This document shows, piece by piece, positions 30,787-39,057 of a DNA stretch of 64,000 nt. The stretch covers positions 293,797 through 357,796 of the forward strand of contig CAZYLF010000001.1 of assembly GCA_964648765.1 (NCBI GenBank). Reading direction: 5' to 3'. The DNA is from an uncultured Candidatus Saccharibacteria bacterium (GTDB taxonomy: Bacteria; Patescibacteriota; Minisyncoccia; Phycocordibacterales; JACOZG01). The position numbers and the translations under genes were made by a program. Below the pieces are notes generated by a model, which was not told the origin of the DNA, searched no databases, and saw only the letters and a list, made by a program, of their open reading frames with translations. The stretch's first letter is position 1; each line of letters begins with the position of its first letter.

Positions 30787-32585
30787 ATTTAAAAAATATC
30801 AGAAACTTTTCAATTATTGCTCACATTGATCACGGCAAGTCGACCTTAGCTGACCGCTTGCTTGAGATCACCGGCACAATTGAGAAACGCAAAATGATGG
30901 AACAAGTGCTTGATAGCATGGAGCTTGAGCGTGAGCGCGGTATCACTATTAAGATGCAACCGGTGCGGATGAATTGGAATTATAAGGGAGAGGACTACGT
31001 TTTAAATTTAATCGACACGCCGGGACACATCGATTTTTCTTACGAAGTTTCGCGCTCGCTTAAAGCGGTGGAGGGGGTGATCCTTTTGGTTGATGCTACA
31101 AAAGGTGTGCAGGCGCAAACGATGTCTGTGCTCTCGATGGCGCGCGAGGCAGACTTAAAAATTATACCGGTAATTAATAAAATCGATTTGCCCGTGGCGC
31201 GTACCGAAGAAGTGATTGAAGAAATTGTGGAACTTTTAAATTGTCGTCGCGAGGATATTCTTAAAATTTCGGCCAAAACGGGTATGGGAGTTGAGGATTT
31301 ACTTAAGCGGGTTATAGACGTGGTGCCACCACCACAAGTGGAAACTAGTGACCCAAAAGGTAAACGGGCGCTGGTCTTCGACTTTGAATATTCAACCCAT
31401 CAGGGGATTATTGTTTACGTGCGGGTGTTTGACGGCGAAATTAATCGTCACGATAAATTAACTTTTACTGCGGCCGGCGAAACCTTCAGCGTGCTCTCTG
31501 TTGGCACCTTCCGCCCCACTAAAACCGAGAGTGATAAATTGGTGGCGGGGGAGATTGGTTATTTAGTCACAGGGATTAAAGAGCAAAGTCGCGCTCGCGT
31601 GGGTGACACGATTAATAATCCTAACTTTCCTTTACCCGCTTTCCCTGGCTACACTGAGCCTCGCCCGATGGTGTGGGCCGCAATTTATCCTAATAGCCAA
31701 AATGACTTCACTGTGCTTAAGCAAGCCCTGCAGCGTTTGAGTCTTTCGGATTCCTCGCTTTCATTTTCTGAAGAAGCGGCAAGCTCGCTCGGCAGAGGAT
31801 TTATTTGTGGGTTCTTAGGTTTGCTCCATCTAGAAATTATTACCGAGAGATTGAAGCGCGAATTTAATTTGGAACTCACAGTGACCTCACCCTCAATTAG
31901 TTACCAGATAATTGATAAAGCGACAGGTAAAGAAGAAACGATTGCTTCACCTCATCTTTTCCCTGAAAATTTAAAACAAGAGACAATTCTTGAACCTTGG
32001 GCGGAGGCCAATATTATTACACCGACCGCATACCTTGAAGTAATTTTGAAAATGCTAAATTCGCACGAGGCTTTGCCAATGCTAACCACAACCTTAAGTC
32101 ATTCTCGCTCCTCACTGACCATCCAATTGCCACTTCGAGAATTAATGCGAAACTTTTTTAATGAACTCAAAAGTATCTCCTCGGGCTACGCTTCGCTCTC
32201 TTACCACTTAATTGGTTTGCGCGAGGCTGATGTGGCTAAACTCGAGATTTTAATTACGGAAGAATTGGAACCAGCGCTCACGAGGATTGTGTCGCGCAGT
32301 CGGCTTGCCAAAGATGCGGAAGATTTAGTGGAACGTTTGAAGGAACTTTTGCCACGGCAACTTTTTACAATTAAAATTCAGGCCCAAGCTCTTGGGAGGA
32401 TAATTGCTTCGCGCTCTATCTCAGCAATGAAAAAGGACGTTACCGATTATCTCTATGGTGGTGATATCACGCGTAAAATGAAGCTCAGAGAGAAGCAAAA
32501 GAAAGGCAAAAAGAAGATGCAAGCGCGGGCGTCAATGAAGATTCCTCACGATGTGTTTGTGAAGTTGCTTGGTTCTAAAGAATAG
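30783..32585 (+). CDS. lepA: Elongation factor 4 (LepA)
   Basis: IRNFSIIAHIDHGKSTLADR, GFLGLLH and YGGDITRK motifs. Confidence 0.98.
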   Translation: MNLKNIRNFSIIAHIDHGKSTLADRLLEITGTIEKRKMMEQVLDSMELERERGITIKMQPVRMNWNYKGEDYVLNLIDTPGHIDFSYEVSRSLKAVEGVILLVDATKGVQAQTMSVLSMAREADLKIIPVINKIDLPVARTEEVIEEIVELLNCRREDILKISAKTGMGVEDLLKRVIDVVPPPQVETSDPKGKRALVFDFEYSTHQGIIVYVRVFDGEINRHDKLTFTAAGETFSVLSVGTFRPTKTESDKLVAGEIGYLVTGIKEQSRARVGDTINNPNFPLPAFPGYTEPRPMVWAAIYPNSQNDFTVLKQALQRLSLSDSSLSFSEEAASSLGRGFICGFLGLLHLEIITERLKREFNLELTVTSPSISYQIIDKATGKEETIASPHLFPENLKQETILEPWAEANIITPTAYLEVILKMLNSHEALPMLTTTLSHSRSSLTIQLPLRELMRNFFNELKSISSGYASLSYHLIGLREADVAKLEILITEELEPALTRIVSRSRLAKDAEDLVERLKELLPRQLFTIKIQAQALGRIIASRSISAMKKDVTDYLYGGDITRKMKLREKQKKGKKKMQARASMKIPHDVFVKLLGSKE

Positions 32586-32738
32586 TTTTGGACTACTGAA
32601 GAAGGGGAAAAGCGTATAGCGCCAACATGCCAAGAATGGTGATTATGCTAGCGATTGTCCATACAACTTGAAGCTTTCTTCGGTGTTTTTTCTCAATCAT
32701 GGGCAAAAATATTAATTTTGATATATTATAAGCTTATA

Positions 32739-33110
32739 ATGCTCGACTTTCAACCTAAAAGCTACTGGCGACGTTTGATCCACTCTAAAGTGTTTTTATT
32801 GCCAATGGCCATTTTTACGGTAGTGTTACTTAACGCGGTGTTTGGTTTGTATAATAAAAGTCGTGTGGCAAATCAGGCTTTAGAGATGGCGAGGTTGGAA
32901 GAGGGGCGCTTGGAGGCTAGGGCGAGCTATCTTGAGGCGGCCATTGGTGAGCTTGAGACTGACCGAGGCGTGGAGAAGGTGATTAGAGAAAAATTTGGCA
33001 TGGTGCGCCCTGGCGAAAGAGTAATTAATTTGGTTGAGGCAAAAGAGGCTACAGCAACACCACTTACCTCATCTAAAAAATCATTTTGGCAGAGGTGGAT
33101 CAGTGATTAA
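32739..33110 (+). CDS. Septum formation initiator (FtsB/DivIC-like)
   Basis: Single TM, coiled coil, EKVIREKFGMVRPGE. Confidence 0.85.
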   Translation: MLDFQPKSYWRRLIHSKVFLLPMAIFTVVLLNAVFGLYNKSRVANQALEMARLEEGRLEARASYLEAAIGELETDRGVEKVIREKFGMVRPGERVINLVEAKEATATPLTSSKKSFWQRWISD

Positions 33111-33126
33111 AATATAATTAACAAAA

Positions 33127-33223
33127 GCGGGTATAGTTCCCGCCTAAAGCCCTGAGGATCGGGCATTAAGGCGGGCCCGCCTCCAATGTCTTTACTAAGA
33201 CTTTGGGCGGGTAGTGGTAGAAT
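33127..33223 (+). pseudogene. 5' fragment of tRNA-Gly interrupted by a 73 bp double-hairpin insert
   Basis: GCGGGTATAGTT (33127-33138) + insert 33139-33211 + TAGTGGTAGAAT; no anticodon arm follows. Confidence 0.7.
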
Positions 33224-33232
33224 TATTCAAGA

Positions 33233-33505
33233 ATGTTCTATGTTTACATTTTATTGTGTGAAGACACGAAGCGGAAGCGGAGTAAATTTTATATTGGCTC
33301 GACTAGTAATTTAAAAGAAAGGTTGGAGCAACATCGCAAGAAGTCAACTCAAACCACAAAAAGTTTTGATAAGCTAGCCTTAATTTACTACGAGGCCAGC
33401 CTGAACAAAACTGACACAAGAAAGCGTGAAATTCAATTGAAAACAGGCTTTGGTCGTGGTTATATTAACAGGAGGTTGGAAGAGTATTTAAAGAAGCGAG
33501 ATTAG
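33233..33505 (+). CDS. GIY-YIG nuclease family protein
   Basis: FYVYIL...FYIGST.NL..RL.QH...RE.QLK.G.GR. Confidence 0.9.
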   Translation: MFYVYILLCEDTKRKRSKFYIGSTSNLKERLEQHRKKSTQTTKSFDKLALIYYEASLNKTDTRKREIQLKTGFGRGYINRRLEEYLKKRD

Positions 33506-33566
33506 TTTAGTGGTAGGACGATTGCTTCCCAAGCAATAGGCGGGAGTTCGATTCTCCCATCTCGCA
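33496..33566 (+). tRNA. tRNA-Gly(CCC), intact
   Basis: GCGAGAT/ATCTCGC acceptor, ATTGC-TTCCCAA-GCAAT anticodon arm, GGGAG-TTCGATT-CTCCC T arm. Confidence 0.9.
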
Positions 33567-33568
33567 TT

Positions 33569-33704
33569 ACGAGAGTTAGTTCCCGCCCAAAGGCTTTACA
33601 GCCATAGAGGCGGGCCCGCCAGAATGCGGAGCTTTCGGCGGGTAGTGGTAGAATGGTTGCTTCCCAAGCAACAGACACGAGTTCGATTCTCGTATCCCGC
33701 ACCA
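33569..33704 (+). pseudogene. Second tRNA-Gly(CCC) copy with a 61 bp double-hairpin insert in the D-arm and a poorly paired acceptor stem
   Basis: ...TAGTT + insert 33582-33642 + TAGTGGTAGAATG GTTGC-TTCCCAA-GCAAC ... ACGAG-TTCGATT-CTCGT ATCCCGC A CCA. Confidence 0.7.
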
Positions 33705-33707
33705 TTT

Positions 33708-33989
33708 ATGTCTCAAGTATTTAAGAAAGTTAAAGAGGATTTTGATTGCGGGCATTGCGGGGCCAGCGTAATTGGGAGTGGATATACAAATCATTGCCCG
33801 AAATGTTTGTGGAGCAAGCACGTGGATATTAATCCAGGTGATAGGGCGGAGGAGTGTGGTGGGTTAATGAAGCCGGAAAAAGTAGAAATGGAGAAGGGGG
33901 AATTTGTGATTGTTCATAAATGTGAAAAATGTGGTAAGGTAAAGCGATGTCGCGCCTCGCGCGGTGATGAAATAGGTGTGCCGCTGTAG
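33708..33989 (+). CDS. RNHCP domain protein
   Basis: FDCGHCG...YTNHCPKCLWSKHVD..PGDR...CGG.M; 3' end overlaps tRNA-Arg by 10 nt. Confidence 0.88.
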   Translation: MSQVFKKVKEDFDCGHCGASVIGSGYTNHCPKCLWSKHVDINPGDRAEECGGLMKPEKVEMEKGEFVIVHKCEKCGKVKRCRASRGDEIGVPL

Positions 33990-34051
33990 TTCAATGGATA
34001 GAACAGTCCCGTCCTAAGGGATAGATACAGGTTCGATTCCTGTTGGCGGCA
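33980..34051 (+). tRNA. tRNA-Arg(CCT)
   Basis: GCCGCTG/TGGCGGC acceptor, GTCCC-GTCCTAA-GGGAT anticodon arm, GTTCGATTC. Confidence 0.93.
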
Positions 34052-34116
34052 AAAATTGGCGAGTCAGGCGAGTGGGCCATCTAGAAAAATATTTTGGAAA
34101 AGGATAAAATTGTTTT

Positions 34117-35880
34117 ATGAATAATCCGCTAACTTACCTTTTCCGAAAAATGTGGGGGTATTCTCAAGGAAATCGCAAAAATGTAATTTTTTATATTGTG
34201 TTGTCAATTTTTGCAACACTGCTTTTGGCTTTTGAACCTTTAATTGTTGGGTTGTTCTTAAATACCATTCAAACCGAAGGTGTAACTAGAGAAGTTCTAC
34301 CCCACCTAATTTCAATTTTGAGCCTATTGTTTTTCCTTGAACTTGGTTTTTGGTCAACGCATGGACCATCACGAGTGATGGAAACTCGCAATGCATTTTT
34401 TGTTCGAAGAAACTATAAAAACTATCTTTTGGAAGGAACAATGGCTTTGCCGATAGAGTGGCATACCAACCATCATTCTGGGGATACTATTGATAAAATT
34501 GAGAAAGGAACAACAGCATTATTCAACTTTTCCGAGAGAACCTTTGAAATAATTCAGGGTGTTATCAGTTTAACTACTGCCTTTGTGGCCATGTTTGTTT
34601 TTGACCTGATTTCAGGTAGCGCGGCTTTAATAATTAGTCTTTTTACTTTTTATATTTTAACGCTATTTGATAAAAAACTCATTCCTGGATACAGAATAGT
34701 GAATCAGGTAGAGAATAGTATATCGGCCAAAATTTTTGATGCTCTAAGTAATGTAACAACAGTTATTATTCTTCGGGTAGAAGATCTGGTACTGAAATCA
34801 ATTGACACCTTTATTAAAAAACCACTTGATAGATTTCATTTGAATAATAAAATTAACGAATGTAAATGGTTCTCCGCTTCTTTGTTTGGGCGTATTGCGG
34901 TTATTGCTGTTGTGGGTATCTATCTTTTTTCCAAGGTTTCTTCAGGGGTAATTCTTGTGGGGACCGTATATATACTGTATGGATACGCGAATCAAATTCG
35001 TGATACTTTTTTTAAGTTTGCTTATTTATATAATGATATCGTTCGTTATAGGTCTTCGGTGAGTAATACAGAAGAACTTTCAAAAGATTTTCGACAAACA
35101 ATCCTAGTGGGTAAAAATCATCTACCTAATGAGTGGCAATCGCTTGAGATTGAGAAATTGTCCTTTTCTTATCATTCAGAAGAAGGGGCAGATCTCCATT
35201 TAGATAACGTTTCTATAAAAATTAAAAAAGGAGAGAGAATTGCCCTTATTGGAGAAAGTGGAGGTGGAAAAAGCACTTTTCTTAGAATTTTGCGAGATCT
35301 ATATCATCCCAAGTCACTTAGTCTTTCTGTAAACGGCGAACAAACATCAAAGGGTTTTGCATCAATTAGTGAGTCCATTTCCTTAATCCCCCAAGACCCA
35401 GAAATATTTGCGACGACCATAAGGGAAAACATTACATTGGGAGTTGAGTATAAAGATGAGCACATCCAAGTCTTTACAGATATGGCATGTATGACCCAAG
35501 TTATTGATCGTTTACCAAAAAAACTCGAATCTTCAATCGTGGAGAAGGGCGTTAATTTGAGCGGCGGAGAAAAGCAACGCCTCGCACTCTCCAGAGGACT
35601 TTTGGCTTCAGTCGACAAAGATATAATCCTTATGGATGAGCCAACAAGCAGTGTCGACTTTCAAAACGAGCTAGAGATTTTTAAGAATATTTTTCAAGCA
35701 TTTCCAAAACAGACAATTATTGCCTCAGTTCACAGACTTCACCTTTTGTCTCTTTTTGACTCAGTTTATTTTTTTGAAAATGGAAAAATAATTGCTTCTG
35801 GAACATTTGAAGAATTAAAAGAATCTTCATTGGAATTCCAAAAACTTTGGAAAAAATATATTGAAACTCGGGATGCATAG
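34117..35880 (+). CDS. ABC transporter, fused permease/ATPase exporter
   Basis: TM domain, GESGGGKST, LSGGEKQR and MDEPTS motifs. Confidence 0.93.
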   Translation: MNNPLTYLFRKMWGYSQGNRKNVIFYIVLSIFATLLLAFEPLIVGLFLNTIQTEGVTREVLPHLISILSLLFFLELGFWSTHGPSRVMETRNAFFVRRNYKNYLLEGTMALPIEWHTNHHSGDTIDKIEKGTTALFNFSERTFEIIQGVISLTTAFVAMFVFDLISGSAALIISLFTFYILTLFDKKLIPGYRIVNQVENSISAKIFDALSNVTTVIILRVEDLVLKSIDTFIKKPLDRFHLNNKINECKWFSASLFGRIAVIAVVGIYLFSKVSSGVILVGTVYILYGYANQIRDTFFKFAYLYNDIVRYRSSVSNTEELSKDFRQTILVGKNHLPNEWQSLEIEKLSFSYHSEEGADLHLDNVSIKIKKGERIALIGESGGGKSTFLRILRDLYHPKSLSLSVNGEQTSKGFASISESISLIPQDPEIFATTIRENITLGVEYKDEHIQVFTDMACMTQVIDRLPKKLESSIVEKGVNLSGGEKQRLALSRGLLASVDKDIILMDEPTSSVDFQNELEIFKNIFQAFPKQTIIASVHRLHLLSLFDSVYFFENGKIIASGTFEELKESSLEFQKLWKKYIETRDA

Positions 35881-35913
35881 TTGGTGGCAAAAGATCGTGA
35901 TATAATATTTGCT

Positions 35914-36186
35914 ATGTATGGTGATGATCACAAACTCCTTGAAAGGTTGGTGGAATTAGCTGAAGACAACAACCGAATATTGCATCAGATGCGTCGGGCT
36001 AATCGTTGGGGGCACTTCTTTACTTTTATCAAATGGCTGGTTATTATTGCTTTGTCGCTCGGTAGCTACTATTATCTTGAGCCTTATCTTGAGGCGATAA
36101 TGGACTTTTACCAAAATGTGGTCCCTAGCATCACTGAGTCGACAAAAAATCTCGAATTTTTAGGTAAATTAAACATCGGCAGTTAA
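35914..36186 (+). CDS. Conserved CPR-type small membrane protein
   Basis: L.EDNNRILHQMRR..RW + TM; TATAAT 7 nt before ATG. Confidence 0.7.
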   Translation: MYGDDHKLLERLVELAEDNNRILHQMRRANRWGHFFTFIKWLVIIALSLGSYYYLEPYLEAIMDFYQNVVPSITESTKNLEFLGKLNIGS

Positions 36187-36212
36187 AAACCGATATCCTC
36201 TATTTTGATTAT

Positions 36213-36285
36213 GCCGAGGTAGCTCAGTTGGTAGAGCGTCCGCCTGAAGAGCGGTAGGTCGCCGGTTCGATCCCGGCCCTCGGCA
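36213..36285 (+). tRNA. tRNA-Phe(GAA)
   Basis: GCCGAGG/CCTCGGC acceptor, AGCTCAGTTGGTAGAGC D arm, CTGAAGA loop. Confidence 0.95.
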
Positions 36286-36304
36286 CATTTTGTTAGATAG
36301 TACA

Positions 36305-36820
36305 CTATTTAAGTAGATACAAAACTCGGAGTTTTTCTAAACCTCGGTGAGCTTGCACGGCGATGGTGTTTTTGGTTTGACCGAGTATGAGAGACATATC
36401 TTTTAAAGACAAATCCTGTATATAGCGCATGCGCATTACTCGTTGATATTTAAGTGGTAAGAGTTTAATTAAACCAAGCGCAGTTTTGCCATCAATGGTG
36501 TTTAGTAATTTTTCAGTGTAATCCTTGCCCGTAGGTTCAAAGCCTTTTTCCATTAAACCGTCTAATGAGAGAGTTTTGTGTTTGCGATATTCGTCTACAA
36601 TTAGATTATTTAAAATGTGATACAAAAATGATTTCATTACATCTACCTTACCGCCGGCCACTAAGTACTTCCAAGTTTTGAGGAAGGTATTTTGCACTAA
36701 TTCATCAGAAATTGAGCGATCGCTAACCTTAAAAAAAGCGTGACGATTAAGCCCTTTTTGAAAATCGAAGTGGGCAGAATTTATGTCCTCTCTGTTTTGA
36801 TTATCTTGTTCGGGTGTCAT
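36305..36820 (-). CDS. ECF-type sigma-70 factor
   Basis: ELVQNTFLKTWK, FLYHILNNLIVDEYRK (region 2) and LP...RY..DLSLKD...HRG (region 4). Confidence 0.88.
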   Translation of the reverse strand: MTPEQDNQNREDINSAHFDFQKGLNRHAFFKVSDRSISDELVQNTFLKTWKYLVAGGKVDVMKSFLYHILNNLIVDEYRKHKTLSLDGLMEKGFEPTGKDYTEKLLNTIDGKTALGLIKLLPLKYQRVMRMRYIQDLSLKDMSLILGQTKNTIAVQAHRGLEKLRVLYLLK

Positions 36821-36949
36821 TACATATTGGTGCCGTAATAGAGGGGAATGCGTTACAAGAGTATTACAAGTTGCCATAATCTAAACTTAGCACGTATGTG
36901 TGCTTAGCACTAACTGTAATAGGTATATTGGCCCAGCGTCTAAGGAGGT

Positions 36950-37507
36950 ATGGAAACAATTAAAGACGATTTTTTTGAGAAATTGTGGGAGGAAAGCTGG
37001 ACGTATATTAAAACTGTGGTCGATGTGGTGCGTGAGCCAGTCTTGATTCTTAATCGAGATTTGGCGGTAGTAGCGGCTAATGAATCCTTCTATAGTACCT
37101 TTCAGGTAGAGCGCAAAGAGACAGAAAAAAAGATTGTTTATGAGCTTGGTAATGGGCAGTGGGATATTCCATCCTTACGCAAGTTGCTTGAAGATATTTT
37201 ACCAAAAAACTCGTTTTTTAAGGGTTTTGAGGTTATCCACGAATTTCCTCATATAGGGAAAAAAGTGATGATCTTAAACGCCCGTCAAATATACTTTAAG
37301 GAGAATGAGAAGAATAAAGTCTTTCCTCCTATCATTTTGCTTGCGATGGAGGATGTAACCGAGATGATTGCCATTGCCGAGAAGCTTGCTGGTCATGTGA
37401 ACCAGTTTGAGTCAAAGCTTATGGCCCGTACCCAGAGGCTAGAGAGGGGGATAGAGAGATTAGAGAACGAAATAACAGCATTAAAAAATAAAAATAAAAA
37501 TAAATAA
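36950..37507 (+). CDS. Stand-alone PAS domain protein
   Basis: VDVVREPVLIL...ANESFY..F...YELGNGQWDIP.LRKLLE, resembling the PAS region of CheR/CheB-fused sensors; C-terminal coiled coil. Confidence 0.8.
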   Translation: METIKDDFFEKLWEESWTYIKTVVDVVREPVLILNRDLAVVAANESFYSTFQVERKETEKKIVYELGNGQWDIPSLRKLLEDILPKNSFFKGFEVIHEFPHIGKKVMILNARQIYFKENEKNKVFPPIILLAMEDVTEMIAIAEKLAGHVNQFESKLMARTQRLERGIERLENEITALKNKNKNK

Positions 37508-37508
37508 T

Positions 37509-37760
37509 ATGGGTATAATTTTATGGATAATTTTTGGCGCTTTGGTGGGTTGGGTGGCATCTTTAATAATGAAAACAGACGGCGAGCAGGGGATAATCTT
37601 AAATGTAATAGTGGGAGTTATTGGTGCCGTGCTTGGCGGATGGCTTATGAGCTTAATTGGGAAGAGCGGTACGGGCGGGTTTAACCTTTATAGCTTTTTA
37701 GTGGCTTTGCTCGGAGCGTGTGTGCTAATTGCAGTTGTGAAGGCTTTGCGCAGAGGGTAA
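37509..37760 (+). CDS. GlsB/YeaQ/YmgE (transglycosylase-associated) membrane protein
   Basis: WIIFGALVGWVAS...NVIVGVIGAVLGG. Confidence 0.9.
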   Translation: MGIILWIIFGALVGWVASLIMKTDGEQGIILNVIVGVIGAVLGGWLMSLIGKSGTGGFNLYSFLVALLGACVLIAVVKALRRG

Positions 37761-37813
37761 AAACTAAAAAAAATTATCGTAAAAAATCCCCCATCTCATA
37801 TGGGGGATTTTTG

Positions 37814-38290
37814 TTATACCGATTTAACTTTAATTTTTTGGATCTTCTTTTTATCTATTTTGGTGAGACGGATGGTGAGAAGACCGGTTTTATCTGAAGT
37901 GGCATCAACTTCACCACTCTCAACCTCGCAGGGTAGTACGATGGTGCGTGAAAAGGCTCCCCAATATAGCTCGCGAATAAAATAATCATCGTCTCTGCCC
38001 TCATGCGTAGGCTGACGTTTGCCGGTGATTGAAACGGTTTCTCTATTGGCGTTGATTTCAATGTCTTCTCCCTTAACTCCGGCCACTAGAGCTTTAATCA
38101 CGATTTCAGTGGAGGTTTGGTACACATCTACAGCAAGTTCACCCACCTCAGCCTCCTCCTTTATCCAGTTATTATCGTCTTCTTCACTGACGCTGCTTTC
38201 TTCATGTTCGGGGGTGACGGATATTGGTTCATCATCAGAAAGAGAAATACCTCCGGTCAATCTTTCAAAAAACGATTTCTTTTTACTCAT
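37814..38290 (-). CDS. Hsp20/alpha-crystallin small heat shock protein
   Basis: VDVYQT, ELYWGAFSRTIVLP and GLLTIRL motifs. Confidence 0.92.
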   Translation of the reverse strand: MSKKKSFFERLTGGISLSDDEPISVTPEHEESSVSEEDDNNWIKEEAEVGELAVDVYQTSTEIVIKALVAGVKGEDIEINANRETVSITGKRQPTHEGRDDDYFIRELYWGAFSRTIVLPCEVESGEVDATSDKTGLLTIRLTKIDKKKIQKIKVKSV

Positions 38291-38292
38291 GG

Positions 38293-39042
38293 TTATTTTG
38301 GTTGCCAGACTATAGCTTTAACTTTTTCAAACAATAAAATGATAAAGATTGTGGAGAGCCAGAGTAAACCGAAGATCTGTAGAATATTTTTACCTTCGTA
38401 TTTAATTATAAACAAGTTAAAGTTGCCGTGCAAGGCAATGGCGAGGATTAAGCCAGCTAAAATATACCAAACTCTTATATGGGGGCGTTTATAAAATCCG
38501 AGCGCTATGGCGCCACCAAGCGTGGCTGAGGCCACTACGTGGAGTAAGGTGGCACCAAGGAAGCGGAGATTGCCTGTGAGGAGGAAGGTACCAAGTTCTT
38601 GAGTTGGGTAAATCGTGTCGAAGAGGAAAAAGATGTTCTCAAGCGCGGCAAAGCCAAGTGCGGCGGTGATCATGTAGATCATCGCATCAATTGGCTCATC
38701 AAATGCTTTATTATAAAAAATTGAGAAGTAAATAACTGCGAGTTTGATAGATTCTTCAACCACTGGAGCAATAACAATGCCAAGGGCCCCGCGGTCACTT
38801 AGGCCGAAGATATTTAAACCAATGAGCGATAGGTTACGAAAGGTGGAAAATAATTCTCGTTCTAAAAAGTAGGCCACGATTACGCCGAGTGAGCCTAAAA
38901 AAAATGTGCGAACTAAAAGTAATTTTGGCTCTGGATGATCATTGTCTTCTCTAAGCCAAAACCAAAGCCAAATTAATGCAGGCAACACTCCGCCCAAAAG
39001 CGTTAAGTTTAATGTCTCGATCGCCGTATTCCAATCGATCAC
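38293..39042 (-). CDS. PrsW family intramembrane metalloprotease
   Basis: PEP, VEESIK, ALGFAALEN and H motifs. Confidence 0.9.
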   Translation of the reverse strand: MIDWNTAIETLNLTLLGGVLPALIWLWFWLREDNDHPEPKLLLVRTFFLGSLGVIVAYFLERELFSTFRNLSLIGLNIFGLSDRGALGIVIAPVVEESIKLAVIYFSIFYNKAFDEPIDAMIYMITAALGFAALENIFFLFDTIYPTQELGTFLLTGNLRFLGATLLHVVASATLGGAIALGFYKRPHIRVWYILAGLILAIALHGNFNLFIIKYEGKNILQIFGLLWLSTIFIILLFEKVKAIVWQPK

Positions 39043-39057
39043 GTTGCATTAATTTTA

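Noticed and set aside
33502-33821. Minus-strand ORFs over the tRNA-Gly copies
   Set aside because: Antisense translations of tRNA sequence.
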